From Nanobdellati archaeon (GTDB lineage Archaea > EX4484-52 > GLR71), in contig JAHYJR010000005.1 in the NCBI GenBank assembly GCA_019429005.1, positions 54,581-118,580 of the forward strand: a stretch of DNA of 64,000 nucleotides, read 5' to 3'. A program made the position numbers and the translations under genes. The notes under the pieces were generated by a model. That model had not been told where the DNA came from and did not search any database. It was given only the letters and a program-made list of their open reading frames with translations. Positions within the stretch are counted from its first letter, which is position 1, and every line of letters begins with the position of its first letter. Shown here in pieces: positions 21,149 through 32,068 of the stretch.

Positions 21149-22324
21149 CTATATGTTCACACCAATCTCTTCAGAAAGTCTTCTATATTGTTCTGGATTT
21201 TTCTCTTTCATAAGTTTAATTAATGGAAAATATTCTCTTGCAACATGTGTAGATGTGTGTATATGAGGACTTAAAGCCTTTGCATTTGTCTTGTTTTTTG
21301 CTCGCTCAAACATAGTTCGTGCCATAACAGCAATCTTAGTAGGGAAATGATAGCTTTTAAGATTTCGCGGTTTCTCACTCTTTGATGCTGCAACACCTGC
21401 GGTCATAAGTTGTATCTCATACACCATAAATCTGTAATATTGCATCCGTGTTATTCTCCCTTTAAAGATATCAGCTCTTGATATAAATTCGTATGCTTTT
21501 GCTATATCTTTCTTATCTGTGTATTCTCTTGGCATATTTTCTCGAACCCACTCTAGCATCTCTCCCGGGTCAACACCAAGATTATCCATAGATTCTATTG
21601 CAATGTTTGCATCATTTGTAATAAATAGAATCTTCAATATGTTTTCAATAGATCTTTTTGAATCACGGAATCCTATACCTTTAACAGAATCTAAGTTAAT
21701 ATCTGTTCCTTTTATAGCAAGTGTTTCAAGATCATTTATAGCTGCTCGTATGTCACCATCTGCATGTCTTGAGATTGCACGTATTATTTTATCTTCAATA
21801 TAAACCTTTTCTAAATCACAGATATTTTTTAGAAGATTTTGTATTATATCAGTATCAACTTTTTCAAATTTAATGATTTTACAGATCTTTTTAATTGCTT
21901 TAACTGCACTTGATCCTGAATCAGTTCCTGTAAGGATAATTGGGTGTGAGCTTGTCTCAATTATTTTTTTGATAACACCAGGTGCACCTCTATCATTTTG
22001 TCCAGATATTCCATCAATCTCATCAAAAAGGACAATTTTGCCTTTATAAAATAAGGATTGTTGGTTTAGAGATTGCCCAAAAAAAGTTTCAAGTGCTTTT
22101 TTACTTCTGACATCTGATGCATTTGTTTCAACAATATTATAGTTCAATTTTTTTGCGATTAATTTGGTAATTGTCGTTTTTCCTGAACCTGTGGGACCCA
22201 TTATAAGTACAGCTTTCATTTTCTCATTTTTCCAGTTATCTGCCCAATTAATAAGTGATTTGACTGCTGATTCATTTCCGATGAATTCTTCAAGAGTTTT
22301 TAGTTTATATTTATGGATCCACAT
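21149..22324 (-). CDS. rfcL: Replication factor C large subunit
   Basis: WIHKYK, GPTGSGKT, ETNASDVR, FDEIDG and GDIRAAINDLE; lies downstream of rfcS. The start could be 22324 or 22333. Confidence 0.93.
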   Translation of the reverse strand: MWIHKYKLKTLEEFIGNESAVKSLINWADNWKNEKMKAVLIMGPTGSGKTTITKLIAKKLNYNIVETNASDVRSKKALETFFGQSLNQQSLFYKGKIVLFDEIDGISGQNDRGAPGVIKKIIETSSHPIILTGTDSGSSAVKAIKKICKIIKFEKVDTDIIQNLLKNICDLEKVYIEDKIIRAISRHADGDIRAAINDLETLAIKGTDINLDSVKGIGFRDSKRSIENILKILFITNDANIAIESMDNLGVDPGEMLEWVRENMPREYTDKKDIAKAYEFISRADIFKGRITRMQYYRFMVYEIQLMTAGVAASKSEKPRNLKSYHFPTKIAVMARTMFERAKNKTNAKALSPHIHTSTHVAREYFPLIKLMKEKNPEQYRRLSEEIGVNI

Positions 22325-22329
22325 AAGTA

Positions 22330-23283
22330 TCATTTTTTGATATTTGTCAAAGCAAGGTTTGCAAGAAATGCTTCTATCTGTATATCTTCAGAACCGCCTT
22401 CAACGATTCTAAATTCATATTCACCAAGAAGATCAATTAGTCTTGCTTTTTCCATTGCATCCACATCAAGAATTAATATTTCTCTATGTATTGCTTTTAT
22501 AACATCAATACCTGAAAGACCTCGCGAAATCATAACATCCATAAGCTGTTTTCGTGCACCAAGAAAATCATTTTCAAGTGCTTTTTTAACAATCTCTTTG
22601 ACTTCTTCAGGTTTTAGCATTGCAGCCATTGCATATATTGTATCTTTATCTATTATTTTTGTGGTTATTGATGCCGATTGCAGTATATTTACAGCTTTTC
22701 TTAAATCCCCTTCAGAAATATCAAGAAGTGCATCCATACCATCATCGGTTACCTTTACGCCTTCTTCATCACAAATGTATTTGAGTCTGTCTGATATGTC
22801 TTTATTATTGATTTTACCAAAACGAAATACTGCACATCTTGATTGAATTGGTGGTATGATTTTTGATGAATAGTTACAGCTTAAGATAAATCTAGTTGAA
22901 TTTGTATATTTTTCCATTGTCCTTCTCAATGCCTGTTGAGCTTGTGGTGTTAAAGCATCGCTTTCATCTAAAAATATTATTTTGAAGTCCGCACCAAGAG
23001 GTTTTGTTTTTGCGAAATCCTTGATTTTATTCCTAACAACATCAATACCACGTTCATCAGATGCATTTGTTTCCATTAAGTTGCTTTTCCATCTGTCTCC
23101 ATACAAATCTTTTGCAAGTGCAATAGCTGATGTTGTTTTACCGATACCTGCAGTTCCTGCAAAAAGGCAGTGTGGTAAGGTCTTGTTTTTAGCAAATGCT
23201 TTGAGTTTATCTGTTATGTTTTTTTGTCCGACTACGTCATCAAGTTTATCCGGTCTGTATTTCTCAGTCCATATATCTATCAT
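22330..23283 (-). CDS. rfcS: Replication factor C small subunit
   Basis: WTEKYRP, GTAGIGKTT, NASDERGID, LDESD, QQALRRTME and IQSRC; no intein. Confidence 0.97.
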   Translation of the reverse strand: MIDIWTEKYRPDKLDDVVGQKNITDKLKAFAKNKTLPHCLFAGTAGIGKTTSAIALAKDLYGDRWKSNLMETNASDERGIDVVRNKIKDFAKTKPLGADFKIIFLDESDALTPQAQQALRRTMEKYTNSTRFILSCNYSSKIIPPIQSRCAVFRFGKINNKDISDRLKYICDEEGVKVTDDGMDALLDISEGDLRKAVNILQSASITTKIIDKDTIYAMAAMLKPEEVKEIVKKALENDFLGARKQLMDVMISRGLSGIDVIKAIHREILILDVDAMEKARLIDLLGEYEFRIVEGGSEDIQIEAFLANLALTNIKK

Positions 23284-23393
23284 AAAAATTTCACCTGTTG
23301 ATTTATGTTAGGGTAAGAAATCTTAAATATGTGTTTTATTTTTTTAGAAAACGTTCACTATCTCTCCAACCTATATCTGTTCTATAATGCAGA

Positions 23394-23935
23394 TTATTTC
23401 CTTCGACATGTATTTTTGAAATTGCACAATAAGCGTTTTTTTGTTTCTTCATTTATTATAAAATGTATATTTAAAATTTTGTCATCAAATTCCGTATTTT
23501 CAATTTTATGTTCAATCAGTCCAAAAAGATTTTCCAAATCTGTATCTGTATATTCATGAACACCAATTTGAATATAATCTAAATTTGTATAAAGTTCATC
23601 AAAAATCTCAAAATTTGATTTAAGTGTACGTCCATTTGTATAAACGCCTGTTCTGAGACCTAATTCTTTAAACATTTTTGCAGATTCTAGAACTAATTGT
23701 GTTGTTTCTTTATCAATCAGGGGTTCTCCACCAGTAAAATCAACAGTGTGTAAGGGTTTTTATGTTTCATTATCTGCTGTAAATTCAATTATATCTGTTA
23801 TTATCTCTTTAATCTTATCTGCATCCATTGTAGTCGGTTCATAGACACCATAATGTCTTTTAGACCCTCTTTACGTTTGCAATAAATGCAATCTAAATCG
23901 CATCTGTTTGTGATATCTAAAAGTATATTTGTCAT
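23394..23935 (-). pseudogene. Radical SAM protein pseudogene
   Basis: Manual translation from ATG 23935 gives MTNILLDITNRCDLDCIYC (CxxxCxxC). A frameshift and an in-frame TAA follow, then VDFTGGEPL and YTNG continuing into ORF 23394-23675. Confidence 0.85.
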
Positions 23936-24154
23936 AAGGACATCTTTATTATTATATTATTATTTTGCTTATTATTTTTTTCAGTAATATGTTCAATTCA
24001 AAATGTTTCAAACGTTTGAACTTGAGTATTATACATTTATTTAACTTTTTAAACGTTAAGCTGTTACAAACAAGTAATTAGGAGTTAATTGTATCGTTTA
24101 ATGTAAAACAATATCTCAAAATATCCAAAAAAGAGTTTATTTATTTAATCCTAA

Positions 24155-24636
24155 TTAAAACTTAATCAAACAGCCTATAACATCCTGAAAAAAGACTTCT
24201 TTACCTTTATGTGATATAGATTCTCTTGCTGTAAAATATGTGTAATCACCATTAATTACAAATTGATATTTATAATCACCATCTTTAAATTCTGGAGGGC
24301 CTCTGAATGGCAGATTTTAATCAATGTTACGATGTGCTTTTTTTAAAAAGTCGAATGCGTCGTCTATAAATTTATCAGAAAGTCCAGAAATCGTCTGACC
24401 TTGATATGACATAGACCATATGTTAATACCTTTAAAGAAAACCACTTCACGTCCAGATGCCCACGAATGATTAGTATAAGAATCATGGTATTTCCAATCA
24501 CTTCTGTGTATTCATAATCCTTATGTTGATCAAGAATTGGTGTTTCACAACGATATTGATTCTTTATTTCTTTTGATGCTGCGTATGTGTTTTTATGTGC
24601 TTTTGCGATGAATTTAAGTAATGTCTTAATATCCAT
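24155..24636 (-). pseudogene. DUF5680-like pseudogene
   Basis: FIAKAHKNTYA, then a frameshift to DWKYHDSY...GREVV...WSMSYQG...FLKKA...*NLPFRGP.EFKDGDYKY...GCLIKF*. One frameshift and one in-frame TAA. Family assignment is from memory of the motif pattern. Confidence 0.7.
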
Positions 24637-24791
24637 AAATTAATTTGGTATGGTATAGATATAAATTTAATTTAAAATATAGATTATTTGATTGGTCTGT
24701 ATTGGTTTAAAATATATTCTACTATTAGAACTCTTAAGAAAATATAATTAAATCTTCATTTTAAAAAGACAATTATGCTGATTATATGATT

Positions 24792-25025
24792 TTATTTTTC
24801 ATGTGCTTTTGTAGTTTTTCGCTTCTTGTTCAACGTCTCTAAATCATCTTTAAGTTCTTTTATCTCATCATTCAAATCCTTTTCTTCATTATTCATTTTT
24901 AATGATATGAGGGATAATTGTTTAAATTCAAATTTAATTGTGATTAGGTATAATAAAACAACAATGCATGTAATTACAATTGCTTCTTCAACAGGAAAAA
25001 ATATTCCTAAAAATGGTATATTCAT
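24792..25025 (-). CDS. Small single-TM coiled-coil protein (paralog 2)
   Basis: TM AIVITCIVVLLYLITI, then FEFKQL and heptad-like EEKDLNDEIKELKDDLETL. Start at ATG 25025 (the ORF track gives 25034). Confidence 0.75.
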   Translation of the reverse strand: MNIPFLGIFFPVEEAIVITCIVVLLYLITIKFEFKQLSLISLKMNNEEKDLNDEIKELKDDLETLNKKRKTTKAHEK

Positions 25026-25039
25026 ATAAATCAATCCAT

Positions 25040-25240
25040 CTATTTTTTCTTGAATGTATCAAGTTCTTCTCTTAATTCTGTAATATTTTGTTTAAGTGCT
25101 GTTTCTTGATTATCATAATTTTTAACAATTTTGATAATCTCTTTGAATTCATATTCAAGTATGACTATATATAGGACTAATACGACAAAAAACATCGTAA
25201 TTAAATCCAATAAGTCAACACTGAAACCAAATATATACAT
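25040..25240 (-). CDS. Small single-TM coiled-coil protein (paralog 1)
   Basis: TM LITMFFVVLVLYIVIL, then YEFKEI and QETALKQNITELREELDTF. Aligns by eye with the neighbouring small ORF. Confidence 0.75.
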   Translation of the reverse strand: MYIFGFSVDLLDLITMFFVVLVLYIVILEYEFKEIIKIVKNYDNQETALKQNITELREELDTFKKK

Positions 25241-25267
25241 ATTACATCAACATATCTTTTTTTAGGA

Positions 25268-28200
25268 TTATTGTTTAAAAGAATAATCCGTAGCTTGATT
25301 ACTTTTTGTTTTGATTATTCTTTTGTTTAGGTACACTGCTAAGAATCCACCTGCTAACAATAAGATTAATGTGTATAATGCATTTAATCCTGTTGATGCT
25401 TTAGCACCTGTAACATAAAACTGTCCGGTAGTTTCAGCGAGTGTTGTAAAATCTTCTTTGAATTTTATGTTTGCTATATACATTCCACTTGGTGCTGACA
25501 ATGGTATAATAAATTTCTCTGAAAATTCTGTTTTCTCAAGTGGTTCAAGATCTTCGAGTTGTTGTATGTTCAAGTGTATAAGTTCAAGGTCTTGTGTATA
25601 TATTTCACTTTCAATATATGGTTTTTCAATATTATCACCACCATTTATTATCAGTATTTCAAGATATCCTGGTGTTCCTGAATCATATTTACTATTTTTT
25701 GTATTTACAATGATTGTTGGATATGATTGTTTGTATATTATACTTATAGTTCTTAATCCTTCAGCTTCAATTGCTGGTATAATTATAGTTGAACTACTTT
25801 CACCACCAGTATATTCTAATTCGTTTCCAAATGCGTCTTTAACTTCAATTATTTTGTCGGCAGCTATGATTGTATTTAATTTAACATTTGTATATTCTTC
25901 TTTAGCTAAATTCTTCAAGAATATATCTGTTTTGATTTTAACTTGTTTATCTTCAAGTTTATCTATAACTTCAGTATTTCTATCAATAGTGATTACAGGT
26001 GGTGTTGTTACACCAATTGTATATAATCTAGATTCCATAGCGTATATAGTTGATTCCCATATAGCTTTTGTTCCATCTGTTGTTGTATCTACATCAAGAG
26101 ATTCTTCAAGTTTTTCTCCTTTTACATTATAATAACTTGCATATACATTAAGTGTATCTTCAAATATTGATGTTGTAAATGTTGCTACTGTTGATCTTTG
26201 ATTAGGGTTGTATACTTCAAAGTCTTTAATCCATAAAGCAGGAGTGCCTACAATTACAGATTTTGCAAGTTTAAAGTTCTCATTATCTATTATGTTTAAT
26301 GGTTCTAGACTTTTTGGGGTGTATACATTTACTACACCCATGTCCATAGTCTGTATGCTTTTACCTACAATTGGATCGAAAGCCGCAATCTCTACTGGGA
26401 GTGTATATATACCACCTTCTGAAATATTCATTTTATATCCTACTTGTATATAATCATCAGTTATATCCCATCCAGACGTCACATTTTTCCGATATTCCCA
26501 TACACTAACATTTAACCCATCACTAAGTGTTGTGTATCCCATAAATGCTAAGTAATAATCCGTACCATTAACAAGTACTTGTGAACCATTTTGTACATTT
26601 ACTTCATTGTTAATTATACTGAATGTGATATCTGCAGGGATGTAATCCATAAATCTGATATCATTAACTGTACCTGTGACACTTACATTGATTGTTGCAT
26701 TCACTATTGTTGGTGTACTTGAATCTGAAATCCATAATTCTTTATAACCACTTAAGGAATTCTGGCTTGCTGTCATTTGTAATGTTTGCTGGTATTCAGT
26801 TAAAGGTGTACCTGATTGTGATACAAGTGTGTTGTTTCCTACAAATGTAAATACTTCACCTTCTTGAGGTAATGGTTCTTGTGTTAATATGGCATATACT
26901 ACTTGTATGTCTTCACCTGTTGTTAAATCATGTTCGACAATACCGCCTGCAACATAACTTACATTACTCATGTTTGTTATCTGTACTGTTATTGTACCAT
27001 TGTTCCCATCACTAGATTGAACAACAGTTACTTCTAAACTGCCAGTTTCTTGTTTTAGTTCATAAGTTGTATTTAGGTATATTTGTATTGAACTTGAATT
27101 TATCGTTAAATTCCTATAATCTGATGCACCATCATAAGTCCAAGGTATTTGTGATATTATTGTTATGTTATCTGCATTAACTTGACTATCTGCATTACCT
27201 GTGTGTAATAATGTATCTGTAATAGATACAATCGTATCATTTATACCGGGTGGTAATATGTTTGTTGTTGCTTTTGTATTTACCATATCAATTTCATAAA
27301 GAGTTGGAAGTTGCATAGATGTATTTATCGTAGCAAGGTAGGTATATGTGTTTGTATCGTTCCATACGACAAACCAATCAAAAGATCCTGCCATATATGG
27401 TTTTGAATCATCTGTTGGTCCGTCTACATAACTTGTATAACTTTGGTCGCCTGACGCAAATAATGAATTCCAGGTTTCACTTAAGTTATAAGGTGTTACG
27501 GGTTGACCTGTTGTTGGATTAACAGAATATATCTGTGCTGTTGTAACATTGTATGTTAAATTTGAGCCAGTTGAAGATTCTGCAGTGTTTTTGAAAAATG
27601 ATCGAATTTTCCATGGTGTGGAACTAATAAGGTCAACACCTTCACGTACAGGACCTCTTGAAAATGTACCAGACACTTTAATCTGCGTCATAAGTTCTGT
27701 GTTATTGCTGTAAGTTGCACGTGCACCTATATCTGTAGCTTCACCATTTAGGTTTATTGCGTTATCACCACCTGGATAGTTTATACCACTTATAATTGTT
27801 GCATTGAATGATATTGTTATTGTTGTGTCTGCATCAATATCACCGTTCCATACTATACGGTCAATATGTGTATCTGTACCATCACTGTTTGATGGTGTTG
27901 AGACACCAGATGTTTCTGAAATTGTGCTTTCTGTAATATTTAATGAATCATTTAAATTTAATGTATTTTTATTGAATTCCATTGTAAGTGTAACATCTGT
28001 AAGATTTGCACCAGTTACAGCTGCATCATTTCGTATTGTGTATACGAAATACATTATGTTTGAACTAGAATCAATATTGCCTTCTGAATAAAGATCATCA
28101 CCACCTGCTGTATTTACTACAGTCATAGTAAGGTTTAGAGAGGGAGCCCAATCATAATCTGGAGTGTAGCTTAAATCATCATCTGTGTCATCACCATCTG

Positions 28201-28597
28201 TGGATGTGTTTAAGAACATTGTTGTTTTATCGGTTAATGCTGGATAAGAAAGAGCGTAATTTTTGTATGCTGTATATGAGCCACTGTATGAATCACTATT
28301 AAGAGTCCAAAGTTCAACATCAGCACGAGTGTTTGCTTCACTTGATAAGTTTACTCTAACGTATTGTAATACATCTTCTGTATTTGGAACATAAACATAA
28401 ACAGTACCTGTACGTGTTGTTGCACTTAAAGACCCATAACCTCCAGCACCACCTGCGCCAGCATCACCTGCAGTATATATAGGATCAGTTCCAGAAACAC
28501 TTTCAGTGATATACACTCGTGGCCCGTCTATACCTGAAACTGAGCCTATAATGAAATATAGACTAAGGAGAATAACTAATAATATTTTTTTATTCAT
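25268..28597 (-). CDS. 1109-aa secreted, C-terminally anchored multi-Ig-like surface protein
   Basis: Signal peptide, beta-rich modules including DUF11-like K...DYIP, and a C-terminal TM plus basic tail. Paralogous to both upstream genes. Confidence 0.8.
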   Translation of the reverse strand: MNKKILLVILLSLYFIIGSVSGIDGPRVYITESVSGTDPIYTAGDAGAGGAGGYGSLSATTRTGTVYVYVPNTEDVLQYVRVNLSSEANTRADVELWTLNSDSYSGSYTAYKNYALSYPALTDKTTMFLNTSTDGDDTDDDLSYTPDYDWAPSLNLTMTVVNTAGGDDLYSEGNIDSSSNIMYFVYTIRNDAAVTGANLTDVTLTMEFNKNTLNLNDSLNITESTISETSGVSTPSNSDGTDTHIDRIVWNGDIDADTTITISFNATIISGINYPGGDNAINLNGEATDIGARATYSNNTELMTQIKVSGTFSRGPVREGVDLISSTPWKIRSFFKNTAESSTGSNLTYNVTTAQIYSVNPTTGQPVTPYNLSETWNSLFASGDQSYTSYVDGPTDDSKPYMAGSFDWFVVWNDTNTYTYLATINTSMQLPTLYEIDMVNTKATTNILPPGINDTIVSITDTLLHTGNADSQVNADNITIISQIPWTYDGASDYRNLTINSSSIQIYLNTTYELKQETGSLEVTVVQSSDGNNGTITVQITNMSNVSYVAGGIVEHDLTTGEDIQVVYAILTQEPLPQEGEVFTFVGNNTLVSQSGTPLTEYQQTLQMTASQNSLSGYKELWISDSSTPTIVNATINVSVTGTVNDIRFMDYIPADITFSIINNEVNVQNGSQVLVNGTDYYLAFMGYTTLSDGLNVSVWEYRKNVTSGWDITDDYIQVGYKMNISEGGIYTLPVEIAAFDPIVGKSIQTMDMGVVNVYTPKSLEPLNIIDNENFKLAKSVIVGTPALWIKDFEVYNPNQRSTVATFTTSIFEDTLNVYASYYNVKGEKLEESLDVDTTTDGTKAIWESTIYAMESRLYTIGVTTPPVITIDRNTEVIDKLEDKQVKIKTDIFLKNLAKEEYTNVKLNTIIAADKIIEVKDAFGNELEYTGGESSSTIIIPAIEAEGLRTISIIYKQSYPTIIVNTKNSKYDSGTPGYLEILIINGGDNIEKPYIESEIYTQDLELIHLNIQQLEDLEPLEKTEFSEKFIIPLSAPSGMYIANIKFKEDFTTLAETTGQFYVTGAKASTGLNALYTLILLLAGGFLAVYLNKRIIKTKSNQATDYSFKQ

Positions 28598-28638
28598 ATT
28601 TAAGACCTGTATCGTTCAATAATTATTTGTTTTTCGTT

Positions 28639-28652
28639 ATTTATAAGTTTTG
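28639..28652 (-). promoter_or_regulatory. Putative BRE/TATA promoter for the 1109-aa gene
   Basis: The minus strand reads caaaacttataaat about 45 bp upstream of the ATG at 28597. Confidence 0.4.
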
Positions 28653-28768
28653 AATAATGACATTAAAGGGTACTTTTATTTGTATTTGATTTATGTTATT
28701 TTTATAAGGTATAAATTATTTATTTCATTTAGTTTATAATCATTTCGGTTATTTATATTTTAAACATT

Positions 28769-31700
28769 TTAATTATTTTTGAGATTATATGTCTTGATTA
28801 TTATTCTTAATGTCACGAGCCCTGTAAGAATTATTAATATTCCAAATCCCATTTTATATGTATCTGCAATTGTTTTTTTTTCAACCGTAAATGTTTCATA
28901 ATCAGAGCCTATAAGTTTTGTTTTAGAATATACTTTTGCAAATATTGTGTATGTTCCAGATAATATAGGTTTAAATAAAAGATTATCATATATGTTTATT
29001 TCCTTTTGACTTGTTATATTTTCAATTTTAATTATATCAGCATAAACTGTATTTAGTTTTTCACCATCTTTAAAACTCAATACTTCTACACTGATTGTAA
29101 TAGTTTTTTCATCATCTTGAGGCACATATAATATCTTATAATCTAAATCAGTTTCGTAAGTGAGATTTTCTAAATTAATTTGAAATATTCCTGGAACATC
29201 ATTATAGATAATATTTATTTGTTCTATCGAATTATTTTTTATATTAGGTATTGTTATAGTCATATCTTTATTGTTAGTTATGTATTCAAGTTGATTTCCA
29301 TTTGAATCAACTATATTTATAATGTTTAGAATTTGTGGATATACAAATTTAACATTATTATAATCAATAAGACTTGGATTCTTTAGGGATATTTCTGTAA
29401 GTAATTTCAGACTATTATCTACGTTTTCAAGAACTGTTGTATTTTCTTTTATACGTATTACGGGTGCGGTTGTTATTGTTATTGTATATTTTTGTGTCTC
29501 AAATTCTTTTATGACTAATTTCCATTCAGCAGTTATTTCATCATATTTTTTGATTGAATATAATACTTCTTTACCCTCTTCAGTTATGTCTATATTTAAG
29601 AAATCCTGCAAAAGTTGAGTTTCAATCAAATCACTTATTGTGAATTTATTAGGGTTGTATATCTCAAGAGTTTTTGTCCATATAAGGGGTATTCCAACAA
29701 TAATATTATCTACTTTAAATTCACTCTCATTTATTTCAAGTGGTTTTAATTCGTCAATTTCTTCAATGATTCGTACAGGTATATTTATGTTTGTATGTTG
29801 TGTCTCATTTGTATAAGGATTTTGCATAATTGCACGTATCATCAAATCATATGAACCAAATGGTAATGTTAAACCATAATCAACTTTTAGAAGATCATTA
29901 TCTTTCAATATTGGTTCTGTTACATAATTAGGGTTAAGATTAATGTAATATAATGTTTTATTTAATGAGTTATCTTCAATTTTTTTAATTGTTGTCTTAT
30001 CTATAGGTATCCATATACCTTGAGTTGAATCATATCTTGTGATTCGTATATCTGATTCATCAAACAGGATAACTTTTTGAGGGATGTCAAGAAGAACATT
30101 TATTTTATTTAAGCCTTTGTTCATAGCATTCAGATCTATAAGCCTATAGGTTCCAGTGATGTCAATTGTATTTGTATCTATAAATGAGACACCAACATCT
30201 TCTTTAACTAGTTCTATTATAGTATCAAAATCTATTGCAGGACTTCCCGCAGCTGCACCACCGCCACCGCCGGCAGAACCACCTTCAACAGGGGCTGTTA
30301 TTATAGCACCATACAATATTACAGTTTCATTATCATAAAGAGTTAGGGGTGTGCCCGAAATAGTTTTTGTTGTTATATTACTATTAAATAAAAAGGTATT
30401 CTGACCTGAATTTGGGTTTGTTGAGATATTATATGTAAGCATTATATCTTCATTTAATTTAAGATTGGTTATTGAAAAATTGGATAGATTATCTATATTT
30501 AGATACACATAACCATTACTTGATGCTGTCGGCATTACAATTGTTATTATGTCTGTGGTAATATTAAGCAATGTCTTGTTTCCTGTTGAATTAATATGGT
30601 ATACATAGATATCATTTTTATCAAGTGACGTCCAGCTATGTACAAAACCCTCAACAGATTTATGCGGTATTGTCGAATTGATATAAATTGATGCAATCTC
30701 AAGATTTTCATGACCCATATATGTAGTCGTTTTAATGACCGAAACAATATTTTCTGTAAGTTTATGTGTGGATGATTTTGAAAGGCTTATGTCTGCTTCA
30801 TAAAGTACTGGCATATCGATAAAACTTCTTGTAATTCCATAATAATTTGGACTACCCCATAATATTTCCCAATCAAATGCAGCACTGAAATATTTTTCAG
30901 TACTTTTATTTGTCTGATACCATCCTGTTTGAGTTAATTCTCCGGGGTTAAGAATGACTGCATCAGAACTTTCTAATAGTGGTGTTTCAATATCGGTTAC
31001 ATTATACAATCTCCAGCCATTTACAATATAATCCAATCCATTCGCAATATTTTTTATAAATCCTCTAACAAGTGTATTTTCTATAAATATAATATCAATA
31101 CCACTTTGTATTGGTCCTCTAGAAAAATGTTTTTGAACAGTTATATTTGTAAATGTAGGACCATAACTTATAGTCTCAACACAGGATGCACATACTAAAT
31201 CAAGAACATATAAATTTTCATCAAAATTGATGTTTGGTGTTATATTTGTATAGAATATGATACTTATTGGAACGTCTTCTTTCAGAGTACCCGTCCAATT
31301 TAATGTGTCATAAAAACTATCATTATCATAATCGTATAAATTGAGATTACCTGTTATTGTGCTTTGATTATATATGTTTAAACTATCATTTGTACCATAA
31401 TAATCAATCGGTATTTTTAATGTTAAAGAGACATTTTCAAGAGTTTTTGTGGAGTTTAAAGATAGGTTGAATATGAAAATATTCGTATCATCAGGATATA
31501 AATCAGACCCTCCTTTCGTGTTAAAATAATTAATTTTTAATTGTATAATTGGTATAATACTAGAATTTGTTATTTTATATGTAATGTCTAGAGGATTATT
31601 ATCTGTATTAAAAAATAATCTAGTCAAATCCCCTGTAGTTGGAGATGCTGCAACAGGTGCATATACAGTTTTTGAAAGTACGTTAGTATTACTAATCTCA

Positions 31701-31945
31701 TTATCTGAAATATTTAGTAATATGTATTGAAGGACATCTATAGTATTTGAGACTTCAACATCAATATAACCCTCGGCTGAAACATTATAAGCTACAGTTC
31801 CATTTGTATTATAATAATAAGTGACTTCTTCTTTAAGGTATGTTGCCGGATTATCTATTGCAGAAGCAGGGTATACACAAATAATTAGATAAATACATAT
31901 TATAAGAAGTATATTGAATTTGTTTTTATTTCGCAAATATTCCAC
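28769..31945 (-). CDS. 1058-aa secreted, C-terminally anchored surface protein, full-length paralog of the 1109-aa protein
   Basis: Shared motifs in the same order: DVLQY, GG.DLY, NDSLNI, FSRGP, P.LYE.D, SGTPLT, VG.P..W.K..E.YNPN. Gly-rich linker and C-terminal TM. Confidence 0.8.
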   Translation of the reverse strand: MEYLRNKNKFNILLIICIYLIICVYPASAIDNPATYLKEEVTYYYNTNGTVAYNVSAEGYIDVEVSNTIDVLQYILLNISDNEISNTNVLSKTVYAPVAASPTTGDLTRLFFNTDNNPLDITYKITNSSIIPIIQLKINYFNTKGGSDLYPDDTNIFIFNLSLNSTKTLENVSLTLKIPIDYYGTNDSLNIYNQSTITGNLNLYDYDNDSFYDTLNWTGTLKEDVPISIIFYTNITPNINFDENLYVLDLVCASCVETISYGPTFTNITVQKHFSRGPIQSGIDIIFIENTLVRGFIKNIANGLDYIVNGWRLYNVTDIETPLLESSDAVILNPGELTQTGWYQTNKSTEKYFSAAFDWEILWGSPNYYGITRSFIDMPVLYEADISLSKSSTHKLTENIVSVIKTTTYMGHENLEIASIYINSTIPHKSVEGFVHSWTSLDKNDIYVYHINSTGNKTLLNITTDIITIVMPTASSNGYVYLNIDNLSNFSITNLKLNEDIMLTYNISTNPNSGQNTFLFNSNITTKTISGTPLTLYDNETVILYGAIITAPVEGGSAGGGGGAAAGSPAIDFDTIIELVKEDVGVSFIDTNTIDITGTYRLIDLNAMNKGLNKINVLLDIPQKVILFDESDIRITRYDSTQGIWIPIDKTTIKKIEDNSLNKTLYYINLNPNYVTEPILKDNDLLKVDYGLTLPFGSYDLMIRAIMQNPYTNETQHTNINIPVRIIEEIDELKPLEINESEFKVDNIIVGIPLIWTKTLEIYNPNKFTISDLIETQLLQDFLNIDITEEGKEVLYSIKKYDEITAEWKLVIKEFETQKYTITITTAPVIRIKENTTVLENVDNSLKLLTEISLKNPSLIDYNNVKFVYPQILNIINIVDSNGNQLEYITNNKDMTITIPNIKNNSIEQINIIYNDVPGIFQINLENLTYETDLDYKILYVPQDDEKTITISVEVLSFKDGEKLNTVYADIIKIENITSQKEINIYDNLLFKPILSGTYTIFAKVYSKTKLIGSDYETFTVEKKTIADTYKMGFGILIILTGLVTLRIIIKTYNLKNN

Positions 31946-32068
31946 CTTATTATTATGTTTTTTAAATTATATGAATTCTCCTGTTTGTATATAAATTATA
32001 TTTTCAATTTTATTTTATGTTTTTTTTATTTAGGTTTTTATTGGACTATTGTTTGTATTATTTATCGT

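Noticed and set aside
22330-23283. Inteins in rfcS (also checked rpoA', rpoA'' and rpoB)
   Set aside because: Lengths are normal and the motifs are contiguous at the usual insertion sites.
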